A DNA stretch of 64,000 nucleotides from a virus (IMGVR_UViG_2721755676_000001), one strand, 5' to 3'. Counted from the stretch's first letter, positions 18,628-28,864 are shown. Translations and numbers: made by a program. Notes: a model not told the origin generated them from the letters alone.

Positions 18628-19514
18628 CGGACATCATCATTAAACGCTACCGCCCTGAAGAGTTCCCGCGTCATCTGGACTTTCTGGAGCGAATGACTGT
18701 TACAAAGGGAACTGTAGAGGACTGGCACGCTCTTAAGTCGCTTCACTACAAAACAGACGGCAAACCTTTCGCGCCAACTTACTATCGCTGCGAACTTGAT
18801 GACCGTCTGGTGGGCGTCGTGGTTATGGCTTACCCGAAACTACTGCTGGCACCTCGCCACCGCATGTTTCCTAAGTTGAAACCAACCACTAATACCACCG
18901 TGGCTAACCAGTACTGGGGTCGGTACGTGAATAACAACTTTGCGGTGATCAGTCGCTCAGTTGTGGATACTCAGTATCGTGGCGTAGGCGTCTCTTATCG
19001 AATGATTAACCTGGTTAGCAGGATGCATGACCGGCCAATCATTGAGATCCAGTCCTCGATGAGCAAATACAATCCCTTCGCCATGAAAGCAGGGTTTAAG
19101 TTCATCCGCCCTGAGCGACCGAAGAGCTATGAAAGTGCACTGCGTGTATTCCAGCGCCATTTCCGTTCCGACCCGGGTGATAACGAGGCGATCGTCAAAG
19201 AGTTGTTCGCAATGAGCGAGTCTCGTCGTCGCCGTGCACTGCGTGATCTGGTGGCGGACTACCACAAGAACAGTTCCCTGGCAAAAGCTGGGCGGAATCG
19301 TGGCACGACGATTCAGGACATTGCCGACAGTCTGGTGGACGAGGCCAGCATTGTGAAGCTGCTCAAGGACATTCACAATCTGAGCTTTACGTCTCCGTTG
19401 TATGGTGTGTATCGAAACCCTGACTTTGGTCGTCGACTGCCTGACACGCTGCCACTGCTGGCATTCGACAAACAACCTTTGGATAAACCGTTAGAAATTG
19501 CTTTGCCGGCATAA
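18624..19514 (+). CDS. GNAT-like acetyltransferase-fold protein (296 aa)
   Basis: QYRGVG fits GNAT motif A (Q/R-x-x-G-x-G/A); start overlaps the upstream stop. Domain call is inference. Confidence 0.45.
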   Translation: MTDIIIKRYRPEEFPRHLDFLERMTVTKGTVEDWHALKSLHYKTDGKPFAPTYYRCELDDRLVGVVVMAYPKLLLAPRHRMFPKLKPTTNTTVANQYWGRYVNNNFAVISRSVVDTQYRGVGVSYRMINLVSRMHDRPIIEIQSSMSKYNPFAMKAGFKFIRPERPKSYESALRVFQRHFRSDPGDNEAIVKELFAMSESRRRRALRDLVADYHKNSSLAKAGRNRGTTIQDIADSLVDEASIVKLLKDIHNLSFTSPLYGVYRNPDFGRRLPDTLPLLAFDKQPLDKPLEIALPA

Positions 19515-19523
19515 GGATTTGCC

Positions 19524-19790
19524 ATGACGTTAACCGATAAACAAAAGGACATCATCAAAACGCTCAATCTCGGTTATGAGCGAGGTCATCTACTTGACCT
19601 GGACGAATTGCTTGAAGTTTTGCCGTACAAGACAACCAAGCAAAGTATCCAGTTCTCAATTCGCGCTCTGATAAAAAAGGGGCTGGTGGAGAAAGGGCAT
19701 ACGCGCCAACGCAGTGACAATCGCTATCACCGCCGAACTCTTGGGTTAACCACTTTAGGTCGAGCCAAAGCGAAGTTACTGGTGATGTAA
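19524..19790 (+). CDS. small winged-helix DNA-binding protein (88 aa)
   Basis: Helix-turn-wing pattern (IRALIKKGLVEK), basic C-terminus. Confidence 0.4.
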   Translation: MTLTDKQKDIIKTLNLGYERGHLLDLDELLEVLPYKTTKQSIQFSIRALIKKGLVEKGHTRQRSDNRYHRRTLGLTTLGRAKAKLLVM

Positions 19791-19814
19791 TCGGTCTGGG
19801 AGCTTATTTAAAGA

Positions 19815-19869
19815 CCTGCTTCTGTATATATAAATAATAAGTAACTTATTAAATATATACGGAAGCAGG
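19815..19869. repeat. 55-bp near-perfect palindrome (copy A)
   Basis: CCTGCTTCTGTATATATAAATAATAAGT|AACTTATTAAATATATACGGAAGCAGG; second copy at 52829-52881; outer inverted repeat GGTCTGG/CCAGACC. Confidence 0.7.
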
Positions 19870-19905
19870 CTTCGTAAGACATGCCAGACCTAATTAAACA
19901 CCCCA

Positions 19906-19947
19906 GAAAACAAGTTGGTTAGCAGATGCAGTAAACAAGTTGTTTTA
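19906..19947 (+). promoter_or_regulatory. two class I operator palindromes upstream of terS
   Basis: AGAAAACAAGTTGGTT and TAAACAAGTTGTTTTA, followed by hairpin AGAGCGC..GCGCTCT and SD. Confidence 0.45.
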
Positions 19948-19985
19948 GAGCGCATGGACGCGCTCTGTGTGTTTTAGAGGGATCT

Positions 19986-20618
19986 ATGACGGTCGAAAAA
20001 GACGAGGTAAAAACTCGCCTGACACCAGCGGAGTGGGCCGAAGCTGAAGCCAAATGGACGTCAGGCGAATATACACTCTCAAAGCTGGAGGAAGAGTACG
20101 GCATTCGTCGTGAAACACTCTCCAGACATTTCAAAAAGCGAGGATTAGAGAAAGGCGCGGACTCTGTTGGGAAGATGGTTCGTGAGTCTCTTAAATCTGA
20201 CGCAGAGCTTCGCGCTAAAGCCCGTGCGGAAAAGATAGAAGAACGTCGTACACGTTATGACGGCTGGGCGTATGCGTTGGGGCAGATGGTGATGGTCGAA
20301 GTCACTACGGCCAAACGTGAGGGTAAGCCTTTAGGGGCGATTGAGGATTCTCTCAAGAGCTTACAGAGAGCCAGTAATACCCTTGCAAAATGCTTTGAAG
20401 TTTCGTCCAAAGCATTGGGCATGGATCATGCGGAAAATGACGAGGAAGAAATTCCGAACCTGGTATTTGGTGAGCTTACGCCTTCCCAGGTGGCGAAATT
20501 ACGTCAGGAAGACGACGAGCCTGAAATCATCGATGACGAATTGCTTGAGACGTTGGAAGAAGAAGCTCTAAGCGAATTTGATGCGACAGATGATGGAAGT
20601 GAAGGGGAGGACGAATAA
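19986..20618 (+). CDS. terminase small subunit (putative)
   Basis: 210 aa, helical N-terminus, very acidic C-terminus, directly upstream of and overlapping the large-subunit gene. Confidence 0.6.
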   Translation: MTVEKDEVKTRLTPAEWAEAEAKWTSGEYTLSKLEEEYGIRRETLSRHFKKRGLEKGADSVGKMVRESLKSDAELRAKARAEKIEERRTRYDGWAYALGQMVMVEVTTAKREGKPLGAIEDSLKSLQRASNTLAKCFEVSSKALGMDHAENDEEEIPNLVFGELTPSQVAKLRQEDDEPEIIDDELLETLEEEALSEFDATDDGSEGEDE

Positions 20619-21874
20619 TGGCAATCCCGTCCTCGCTCAGTCTTGTGCAACTGCATTCTGGACAGATGAAAGTCTTCCAGTCTCCGCATCGATTTAAAGT
20701 TGTTTGTGCTGGTCGACGCTGGGGAAAATCCCGGTTGTCGATCTCCACTATTATTCGTGCGGCGGCAAAGGAAAAAAAGCAAAGGGTCTGGTATGTCGCT
20801 CCTACTTACCAGATGGCTCGCCAGATTTTGTGGGACGATCTACAGGAAGTTCTGCCTCGTAAGTGGGTTAGGAAAAAGAACGACACCACGATGACAATCG
20901 TGTTGAAGAACGGTTCGGAGATCGCCCTCAAAGGTGCTGATAAGCCTGACACTCTGCGCGGCGTAGCGTTGCATTTTGTAGTGCTTGATGAATTTCAGGA
21001 TATGAAGGCTGACACCTGGTACAAGGTGTTACGACCTACTCTTTCATCGACACGCGGCGGTGCACTGATCATTGGTACGCCAAAAGGCTTCTCGGAATTT
21101 CACAAACTGTGGACTATAGGCCAGAACGTAGAGCTGCAAAGAAAGGGACAGTGGAAGAGCTGGCAGTTTGTAACTGCCGATTCTCCGTTTGTGCCTACGG
21201 CGGAAATTGAAGCTGCTAAGAACGATATGGACCCGAAATCGTTCGCTCAGGAGTACCTGGCGAGCTTTGAGAACATGTCCGGGCGCGTTTACTACCCGTT
21301 CGATCGTAACGTGCATGTAAAACTGCTTCAGTTCAACCCTCGGTTGCCTATATGGGTAGGGCAGGACTTCAACATTGACCCGATGTCTTCCGTAATTTTG
21401 CAACCTCAGCCAAATGGTGAGCTATGGGCAATTGATGAATTGGTGCTCTTTTCCTCTAACACGGCAGAAGTTTGTGATGAGCTTGAGAGACGCTTCTGGC
21501 GCTGGAAATCACAGGTAACGGTATTTCCAGATCCGGCAGGTGCTTATCGCCAACATGCTCGTGGGGAGTCTGACGTAGACATATTCAAAGAGAAGGGATT
21601 CTTACGTGTCGATTATTCGAAAAAGCACCCGCCAATTGCGGATCGTGTTAATGCTGTTAACCGAATGCTGATGTCCGCATCTGGAGATATCCGGCTGTAT
21701 ATCGATCCGAAGTGCAAGCATTTGATTGATTCACTGGAAAAAGTCATCTACAAGCCTGGAACACGAGATATGGATAAGACAGGTGGCATTGAGCATAGTG
21801 CAGACGCATTGGGCTATCCAGTACATCGTAGGTATCCAGTCAAAAACCGTGTTATTCTTGGTGGTTCTCGATAG
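20618..21874 (+). CDS. terminase large subunit
   Basis: Walker A CAGRRWGKS, Walker B VVLDEFQD, C-terminal nuclease-like acidic residues. Confidence 0.85.
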   Translation: MAIPSSLSLVQLHSGQMKVFQSPHRFKVVCAGRRWGKSRLSISTIIRAAAKEKKQRVWYVAPTYQMARQILWDDLQEVLPRKWVRKKNDTTMTIVLKNGSEIALKGADKPDTLRGVALHFVVLDEFQDMKADTWYKVLRPTLSSTRGGALIIGTPKGFSEFHKLWTIGQNVELQRKGQWKSWQFVTADSPFVPTAEIEAAKNDMDPKSFAQEYLASFENMSGRVYYPFDRNVHVKLLQFNPRLPIWVGQDFNIDPMSSVILQPQPNGELWAIDELVLFSSNTAEVCDELERRFWRWKSQVTVFPDPAGAYRQHARGESDVDIFKEKGFLRVDYSKKHPPIADRVNAVNRMLMSASGDIRLYIDPKCKHLIDSLEKVIYKPGTRDMDKTGGIEHSADALGYPVHRRYPVKNRVILGGSR

Positions 21875-21900
21875 GTAAGTAATTATCTAAGGTTATTCAA

Positions 21901-23475
21901 ATGGAATTGAACGACAAACAAATTAAGGATCTGGTGGCGCGACGCCACCCGGAATACGAAAAGAAAAAAGAACATTGGGACTTCCTCGCCAGCACTTACG
22001 CTGGCGGGCGTGGTTGGTTTACAGACAATATCTTTCGTTACTTTAAAGAGGGAGATCAGGAGTTTAAGGAGCGTGTTGAGCGTGCCTATCGCTTCAACCA
22101 CACTCGTGAGGTGGTAAACCTCATCAACAAATATCTCTTTAAAGAAGACATTCATAGAAATATCGAAGAGGCACCAGAGCAGATCCGCAATTTCTGGAAA
22201 CGTGCGACTCGCCAGAATGCCTCTATTGACTCATTTATGGCCGCCATTGATTTGCAGTCGTCTATTTACGGTCGCATATGGGTTGTTGTCGATAGCACGA
22301 TGAGTGGTGATGTTGAGTCAGTAGCTGACGAGAAAAAGAAAGATGCTCGCGCCTACGCCTACTGGATTTCACCTCAGCAAATGCTGGATGTGGCATGGGA
22401 CGACGACGGGAATATGTTATGGGCGTTAATTGTGGAAGTCGCTCGCGATGACGCAGACCCTTTTACTTCTACAGGTCAGGAATACCAACGTTATCGTCTG
22501 TGGACACAAAACGAGTGGTATCTGTTCCGTGAGGAAGTGAAGAAGGGGGCTGGTGGAGCAGGTCGTCGTCAGGCAAAAGTTATTTTAGAGGACAGCGGTG
22601 AGCATAATCTCGGCGTAGTTCCTGTGTTTCCTGTTGATTGTATTGGAGAAAGTGAATCACCGTATTTCAGCCCATCGTTGATCGATGATATCGCTTATCT
22701 TGATCGTGCGGTTGCAAACTATCTGTCAAACCTTGATGCCATTATTCAGGATCAGACATTTAGCCAGTTGGCTATACCGGTACAGTCGCTTTTACCTGGT
22801 GATGAAAACCACACTAAAGTGCTTGAAATGGGCACAAAGCGAGTCTTCACCTACGATTCTGAAGGTGGAAACCAGCCGTTTTATCTGTCACCAGACCCGA
22901 AACAAGCTCAGATGATCATCACTACGATTAAGACGGTGATTAACGAAATCTACCATTCAGTTGGTGTAGCTGGTGAGCGAACGAAGCAGGACAACGCACA
23001 GGGAATCGATAATTCATCTGGTGCCGCAAAAATGTATGACTTCCAGCGTGTAAATAGCTTGCTTGTCACAAAAGCAGAGCGTCTGGAAAGGGCTGAACGC
23101 CAAATCATGCTACTGGTTGCGAAATGGATGGGGGTAGATCTGGACGAAGACCACTCTTTAATTGCGTATCCAGAAAGTTTCGATATTCGTGGCCTTACTG
23201 ATGAATTTTCTGTTGCCGAGAAACTGTCATTACTTCAGGCACCGGACTCTGTACGTCGTCACCAGATGGAAATGCTTATTGAGAAGATTTTCCCGAACAT
23301 TACTGAGGCGATGAAAAAGGAATTTGATAAAGATCTCTTGAATTTTCCTCCAAAAAATGATCTAAATACCCTTGAAAATAAGTCAGTACTTACTTATGAT
23401 CGTGGTGCAGCCCAAGAAAGCGGGCAAGATCAACCCCGAGGGAATGGGGACTCATCTACTCAAGAGAACGAGTGA
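21901..23475 (+). CDS. portal protein
   Basis: 524 aa, position after terminase, acidic C-terminus; class II element and SD upstream. Confidence 0.7.
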   Translation: MELNDKQIKDLVARRHPEYEKKKEHWDFLASTYAGGRGWFTDNIFRYFKEGDQEFKERVERAYRFNHTREVVNLINKYLFKEDIHRNIEEAPEQIRNFWKRATRQNASIDSFMAAIDLQSSIYGRIWVVVDSTMSGDVESVADEKKKDARAYAYWISPQQMLDVAWDDDGNMLWALIVEVARDDADPFTSTGQEYQRYRLWTQNEWYLFREEVKKGAGGAGRRQAKVILEDSGEHNLGVVPVFPVDCIGESESPYFSPSLIDDIAYLDRAVANYLSNLDAIIQDQTFSQLAIPVQSLLPGDENHTKVLEMGTKRVFTYDSEGGNQPFYLSPDPKQAQMIITTIKTVINEIYHSVGVAGERTKQDNAQGIDNSSGAAKMYDFQRVNSLLVTKAERLERAERQIMLLVAKWMGVDLDEDHSLIAYPESFDIRGLTDEFSVAEKLSLLQAPDSVRRHQMEMLIEKIFPNITEAMKKEFDKDLLNFPPKNDLNTLENKSVLTYDRGAAQESGQDQPRGNGDSSTQENE

Positions 23476-23496
23476 TAAGTAACAAAAGGAATTTTT

Positions 23497-24384
23497 ATGA
23501 ATCTGTGGCAAATGCTTTTGGCCCGTCGTGGTCTGATGGATGTCGCTGAAGCGCATGAGCGTGGAGGCGCTGGCGGTGTAGCTGCTGATAATGAGCAGAG
23601 CACACAAGATCCTGACAAACAGGGTGAACAAAAAGAGCAGCCGAAGGGCGATGACGAATACGCTGGGATGACTCAGGAAGAGTTACTGGCCGAACTTCGT
23701 AAAACCAAGAAAGCTGGTGCTGAACTGCTGAAGGAGAACATGAAGCGCAAAGAGAAAGAGCGCACATTGGCCGATCAGCTTGCTCAGTACGGTGATATCG
23801 ACCCGGCGCGTGCTCGCCAGCTTTTAGAAGCTGAACAGGCCGCAGAAAATGCACGTCGTGAGGCGGAGCAAGCTGAACTGGAGCGTCGTGGTGAGTTCGA
23901 TGCTGTTAAAAAACAGATGATCGAAGCACACCAGGCAGAGCTGGCACAGCGTGACGAACGTTATACAGCACTGGAAAGTGAAAACGCATCACTGAAATCT
24001 CAATTAGTCGAGATGACCGTGGGCGCTTCCTTCAGTAACTCTCTCTTCCTACGTGACAAAGTTCTGATGACCCCGGCAAAAGCCCGCGTGATCTACGGTT
24101 CTCATTTTGAAGTGGGTGAAGACGGTAGCGTAGTGGGTTATGACAAACCGGCAGGTCATAAAGAACGAGCTGTTCTGGTTGACGGTGAAGGTAAGCCGTT
24201 GCCGTTTGAATCCGCGATTGAACGCATTGTGCGGGCAGATCCGGAAGCTGACGCATTGATGCGTAGCGAAGCCAAGCAGGGTGTAGGCTCACATTCCAAA
24301 TCGACCTACACAATATCCCAACCGAAGAACAAGTCGACTATGGATAAGTTGGCCTCCGGTCTGGGGAAAATTGGACTTAAGTAA
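23497..24384 (+). CDS. head scaffolding protein (putative)
   Basis: Glu/Ala/Arg-rich coiled-coil protein between portal and capsid genes. Confidence 0.5.
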   Translation: MNLWQMLLARRGLMDVAEAHERGGAGGVAADNEQSTQDPDKQGEQKEQPKGDDEYAGMTQEELLAELRKTKKAGAELLKENMKRKEKERTLADQLAQYGDIDPARARQLLEAEQAAENARREAEQAELERRGEFDAVKKQMIEAHQAELAQRDERYTALESENASLKSQLVEMTVGASFSNSLFLRDKVLMTPAKARVIYGSHFEVGEDGSVVGYDKPAGHKERAVLVDGEGKPLPFESAIERIVRADPEADALMRSEAKQGVGSHSKSTYTISQPKNKSTMDKLASGLGKIGLK

Positions 24385-24409
24385 CATCTAAATCAAAGGG
24401 AATTGATAG

Positions 24410-25285
24410 ATGCCATTACTGCGTGAAGAAGCTGAAAAGCTGTCTAACAACGAACTTGAACAGGGTGTGATCGAAACTATCATCGATCGCGATGACCTGT
24501 TTGCCATCCTGCCTTTTATGAAAATTAATTCAAAGGCATATCTGTACAACCGTGAAAAAACGCTGAGCGAAGCTACTTTCATTGATGTGAACGACACCAT
24601 CACCGAAGGTGCAGCAACCTTCGAAGAGAAAGTTGCGAAGCTGCGCATTCTGGCTGGCGACGTTGACGTCGACAAATTCCTGGCTACCACTATGGCTGAT
24701 ACCAACAACCAGCTGGCTATCCAGGTTCGTCAGAAAGTCAAAGGTCTGGCTCGTGCCTTCCGTCGCAATCTGATTGTTGGCGACTCCACCACTAACAACA
24801 AAGCCTTCGACGGTATTCCGAAGCTGATGCATGACGATCAGAAGATCGACATCTCCGGCGCATCCATGACTTTCTCTATGTTCGACGAACTGGTCGACGC
24901 AGTTAAAGATCTGGGCGCAGACTGCATCATGATGCGTTCTGAGCATCTTCGCGCATATCGTGCGCTGCTGCGAACTGTAAACGTAGGCCCGTCCGAAATC
25001 ATGATGGAAAACTTCGGTCGACCAATGCTGTGCCATAACGGCGTTCCGTTTATCGTAAACGACTTCATCCCGACCGATGCTGGCAAAGCAAGCATCTACT
25101 GCCTGCATCTGTCAGAAGAGAACGGCGTTACTGGTCTGTATGGCGGCGACAACGCAGGTATCGTTGTTGAAAACATTGGTACTGTACAGAACAAAGACGC
25201 AGTACGTACCCGTGTGAAGTGGTACTGCTCTCTGGCGAATAAGCACGATAAGGCTATCGCTGCACTGACCAATGTAAAAATTTAA
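24410..25285 (+). CDS. major capsid protein
   Basis: 291 aa, position and composition typical of HK97-fold capsid proteins. Confidence 0.75.
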   Translation: MPLLREEAEKLSNNELEQGVIETIIDRDDLFAILPFMKINSKAYLYNREKTLSEATFIDVNDTITEGAATFEEKVAKLRILAGDVDVDKFLATTMADTNNQLAIQVRQKVKGLARAFRRNLIVGDSTTNNKAFDGIPKLMHDDQKIDISGASMTFSMFDELVDAVKDLGADCIMMRSEHLRAYRALLRTVNVGPSEIMMENFGRPMLCHNGVPFIVNDFIPTDAGKASIYCLHLSEENGVTGLYGGDNAGIVVENIGTVQNKDAVRTRVKWYCSLANKHDKAIAALTNVKI

Positions 25286-25319
25286 TCAGTGTGGTAGATA
25301 AGTAATTATCTATGTTTAA

Positions 25320-25345
25320 GGGTGGGCTATACGCCCACCCTTTTT
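25320..25345 (+). terminator. intrinsic terminator after capsid gene
   Basis: GGGTGGGC tatac GCCCACCC followed by T5; class II palindrome AGATAAGTAATTATCT just upstream. Confidence 0.7.
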
Positions 25346-25358
25346 GTAGGAGCAAGAA

Positions 25359-26279
25359 ATGCCAGAACAAAAGATGAAGATTACGGAAGAGGCATTTTCG
25401 GATTTTACGGGGCATATGTGCCGCGCCGGATTTACCAATTCTATCTCCGATGAACCTTTAACCGAGCGGCAACAAAGTCAGCTATCTGCTTGTTTGCAGG
25501 CGGTTCCCTTCTCCCAATCCGTAAACATAACTCCGGCTTCACCATCAGTTTTGGTTGGGAAAACTGTTCAACTTAGTGCAGGTATTAGTATGGGTAAGAG
25601 TGCCAGTTCATTCACCTGGAAGTCAGCCAATGATCAAATTGCAACCGTTAACGGCACTGGATTAGTAACTGGCGTAGCCCCAGGCAAAGTAAAAATTACT
25701 GCAACTGATCAGGAAACCCAGCTTTCCGCTTCAGTGGAAGTCACCGTAAATCCGGTAGCCGTTCAATCCGTAACGGTAACGCCAGAATCAACGTCTGTTG
25801 AGAAAGGGAAATCAGTCAGTCTGAAAGCGAATGTTCAGCCGTCAAATGCGACGAATAAGGCTGTTACCTGGTCTTCCAAAAATGAAGATAAGGCAACGGT
25901 AGACCAGAGCGGGAACGTAACTGGTGTAGAAGTTGGCACTGCGACGATTGAGATCGTTTCCCAAGATGGTAGCAAAAAGGCAACTGCAACGGTGGAAGTA
26001 ACTGCGCCTGTTGTGGCTGTTACAGGCGTCGAAATCGACCCAAATAGCACAACCGTTGAGGCAAACAAAACTGTTCAGCTGACCGCAAATGTCGAGCCGG
26101 CAGGAGCCACAAATAAAACCGTTACTTGGGAATCCAAAAATACCGAGTTTGCAACGGTGGACAGCGAAACCGGTGTTGTAACTGGTGTTGCGGCTGGCAC
26201 TGCCACAATCGAGGTTACTACCCAAGATGGTAGCCACAAAGCGACAGCGACCGTAGAGGTCACTGCCGCACAGGAATAA
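25359..26279 (+). CDS. Ig-like (Big_2-type) domain protein, probable head decoration
   Basis: Three repeats of the pattern VTV.P.S..V..GK.V.L.A.V.P..ATNK.VTW.S...ATVD..G.VTGV..G.ATI. Confidence 0.65.
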   Translation: MPEQKMKITEEAFSDFTGHMCRAGFTNSISDEPLTERQQSQLSACLQAVPFSQSVNITPASPSVLVGKTVQLSAGISMGKSASSFTWKSANDQIATVNGTGLVTGVAPGKVKITATDQETQLSASVEVTVNPVAVQSVTVTPESTSVEKGKSVSLKANVQPSNATNKAVTWSSKNEDKATVDQSGNVTGVEVGTATIEIVSQDGSKKATATVEVTAPVVAVTGVEIDPNSTTVEANKTVQLTANVEPAGATNKTVTWESKNTEFATVDSETGVVTGVAAGTATIEVTTQDGSHKATATVEVTAAQE

Positions 26280-26323
26280 CCGACATTGGGCGGCGAAAGC
26301 CGCCCAAGAGGAGAGAAAGCGTT

Positions 26324-26758
26324 ATGAAACCAGCAAAAATTGTTTTATTAGAACCGCAATTTTCCGGTTATTCGGGAATGCTGTGCGGCGTTCAGTTCGA
26401 GAACGGGGTATCCGTAGCGGAGTTGCCTTTTATCGATCAGCAGAGGATTTGTGCTTCAATGCGAGCGTCAACAGTAGAGGGCAAAAATGTCTCTCCGTCT
26501 GCCGCATACAGTGATCGTGGTGAATTGACAGCAGACCTGATTACCGAGCCAGCAGCGCCTGACATTGTGCCAATGAAACGTGGAACACCAGATGAACCGG
26601 CCAAACAGATCCAGGCTTTCACACGAGAAGAGCTGGAGTCAATTGCAGACAACGAAGGTATTGCCGGTCTACGAATTATTGGTAATCAGGTTGGTGTCAA
26701 AGCGAAAGGAATTGTCGAAATGATTGACGGCATCCTGAAAGCACAAGGCGGTGAGTAA
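26324..26758 (+). CDS. hypothetical head-associated protein
   Basis: ORF in the head module; no motif. Confidence 0.4.
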   Translation: MKPAKIVLLEPQFSGYSGMLCGVQFENGVSVAELPFIDQQRICASMRASTVEGKNVSPSAAYSDRGELTADLITEPAAPDIVPMKRGTPDEPAKQIQAFTREELESIADNEGIAGLRIIGNQVGVKAKGIVEMIDGILKAQGGE

Positions 26759-27591
26759 TGGCGCAGATCGACTCGTATCGTAGCGGTGAAGCTGTTTCCC
26801 TTTCATTTGCCTTCAACGTGCTGGATATCGAATCTGCTACCTACACAGTAAAGGACAGCACCGGGGCTATTCTCGTTGATGGCGAGCCGCTAGAAATTAC
26901 CAGCGGTCAAATGTCGATCCCGGTTGTCGTGTCGGCTGAATATAACCAGCTCTCTGAGAAAGAGCGAGATCTGCGGTACGTCATTGTGAAGGCTGTTGCA
27001 TCGGGTCTGACGCATGAAGAGCGGCAAATGTATGTTCTGCTGAATAGTTTTGAACTGTCGATACCAGAACAGTCGTTTGCAACTGTCGCTGATGCTCAAA
27101 TGCAGGCGATCGATATGCTGAATGGGGACACTTTGCTGTCGGATGGTGAAGGCTTAATGCGCAAGCGTCTCATTGAGGCTACCAGACGAATTAAAACTTT
27201 ACCGTTCTCAATCCGCAAAATTCTACGTATCGACTTTGACCGATACGATCGCTCTCAAAATATGCTGAATGTGTATGACATTCCGTGGGGAGCAGATGGA
27301 GCGTACCGGCATGATTTAGTCGATTGGGAAAAGATGACGCAGGAGAAGTTTGAAGAGTTCCCTGACTACTTCAAAGAAGCGTTGATGCTTGCCGTTGTCA
27401 ACGAAGCGTGTGAGATCGCAAATGGCAATGATGTAGCCGCAGCACGAGAGGATGGCATTTTGTCAGAGTCCATCGGTGAAACAACCAACATGTACCGTAC
27501 CGGTAAAGCTGCAAACGTGCATGTGGCTCGTAGTACCTGGCGCTTGCTGGTCAGTTACATCAACAACCGTATGATTGTTCGCCGTGCGTAA
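26758..27591 (+). CDS. hypothetical head/connector protein
   Basis: Stop-start overlap with the preceding gene. Confidence 0.4.
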   Translation: MAQIDSYRSGEAVSLSFAFNVLDIESATYTVKDSTGAILVDGEPLEITSGQMSIPVVVSAEYNQLSEKERDLRYVIVKAVASGLTHEERQMYVLLNSFELSIPEQSFATVADAQMQAIDMLNGDTLLSDGEGLMRKRLIEATRRIKTLPFSIRKILRIDFDRYDRSQNMLNVYDIPWGADGAYRHDLVDWEKMTQEKFEEFPDYFKEALMLAVVNEACEIANGNDVAAAREDGILSESIGETTNMYRTGKAANVHVARSTWRLLVSYINNRMIVRRA

Positions 27592-27670
27592 CGCCAGTCG
27601 CATTATTTACTTTTGGTCGAAAGGTTTTTTGGCCAGTAATGAGAGCGACCGACAACAACAGGGAGAGAGC

Positions 27671-28015
27671 ATGAATATTTCATGGCAAACAGAAATTGCG
27701 ATATACCGATTTGGCGCAAAGAATGTTTACGGCGAGGCGCAATTGCAATTCGTCAGGAAGACGAATGTCGGCGTGGTTAAGTTCGAACAGAGTAATGAGA
27801 AATCGTCAGTTCGTGCTGATAGCTCTGGTAGTCGTGGTAAGGCGAGCCTGGAACTGTTTGATGCTGTGTTAGTTGTCCCTTTGGAAGCGGCTGTACAACT
27901 TGATGATGTACTGATCCTTGAAGGTCAAAAATTAAAGGTGTCCAGTGTTCATCGCCGCTGGGGGCTACGAGGAAGACCAGGGCATCTTGAAGTGGGGGCG
28001 AATATATGGGTCTGA
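27671..28015 (+). CDS. hypothetical head-tail joining protein
   Basis: ATG at 27671 with SD GGGAGAGAG. Confidence 0.4.
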   Translation: MNISWQTEIAIYRFGAKNVYGEAQLQFVRKTNVGVVKFEQSNEKSSVRADSSGSRGKASLELFDAVLVVPLEAAVQLDDVLILEGQKLKVSSVHRRWGLRGRPGHLEVGANIWV

Positions 28016-28479
28016 AATACGATGCGCATCAGTTCAAACGTGCGGGGAATAGACTCAATAACAGCCAGAAAGCATTTAAGCGATATCTTATTCGGGACAT
28101 GGAAAAGCTGGCGCGTTTGGTTGAGCGTCTCAGCCGTGCAATGGCCCCGCTGGAAACCGGATCTCTGGAGACAGCCATCTTTGCCAGGGTGATTAAAGAA
28201 GGTTATTCAGGGCTGCGCATTGAGCTTTCTGTGTCTGGAGCAAAACCACGTCAGGGGCATCCGGGCGTAGAAGTCGGTGACTATGCTAAGTACATGGAGC
28301 TGGGTAAATACCGACTCGGTTATCTTTCTCGAATGAAGAACGTGACAAACCCACCAATTGCCGGTGTTAAACCTCGTGTTGGGCCACACTTTCTGGAAAG
28401 AGCGGTGGAAATTAGCGAGAAGCAGTTCTCAGAAGCGATTCTTGAGGCTGCCAGAAAAGCCGGTTTTACGAGAGGTTAA
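28006..28479 (+). CDS. hypothetical head-tail joining protein
   Basis: Overlaps the preceding stop; position in the connector region. Confidence 0.4.
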   Translation: MGLKYDAHQFKRAGNRLNNSQKAFKRYLIRDMEKLARLVERLSRAMAPLETGSLETAIFARVIKEGYSGLRIELSVSGAKPRQGHPGVEVGDYAKYMELGKYRLGYLSRMKNVTNPPIAGVKPRVGPHFLERAVEISEKQFSEAILEAARKAGFTRG

Positions 28480-28480
28480 T

Positions 28481-28864
28481 GTGTTTATTGAAGCGTTTGC
28501 AAGTTTGATGCAGAAGGCAAAGATTGGCACGGTCGGGACTGACATTTTCTGTCACTACTTGCCTGCCAATGTGAAATCTGGCGTCCTGCTTATTAACCCA
28601 AATACCGGTATCAGCATCGATCATGAGCTACAGGGCTTTTACCACGAATCATTCACAATAATTGTGCGTGGTTCGTCAATTACTACGACGGTTGAGAAAG
28701 CCAATAAAATCATTGAGATGTTTCCAGTAGAGGAAACGGAATCTGGTGGTGTTTATTTTCGACTGGTACGACCGATGGCGATGCCAATCATTTATCCCAA
28801 AAATGATGGAGCATTAATAGAAGCAGGCATTCCTGTTGAATTTGCTGGCTATTTATTGAATTAG
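28481..28864 (+). CDS. hypothetical tail completion protein (GTG start)
   Basis: GTG 2 nt after the preceding stop with SD GAGAGG; the listed upstream extension overlaps the previous gene. Confidence 0.4.
   Translation: MFIEAFASLMQKAKIGTVGTDIFCHYLPANVKSGVLLINPNTGISIDHELQGFYHESFTIIVRGSSITTTVEKANKIIEMFPVEETESGGVYFRLVRPMAMPIIYPKNDGALIEAGIPVEFAGYLLN

Noticed and set aside
19815-19869. LexA (SOS) box within the 55-bp palindrome (CTGTATATATAAAT...)
   Set aside because: CTGT is present but the required ACAG is not at the CTGT-N8-ACAG spacing; symmetry is explained by the larger palindrome.
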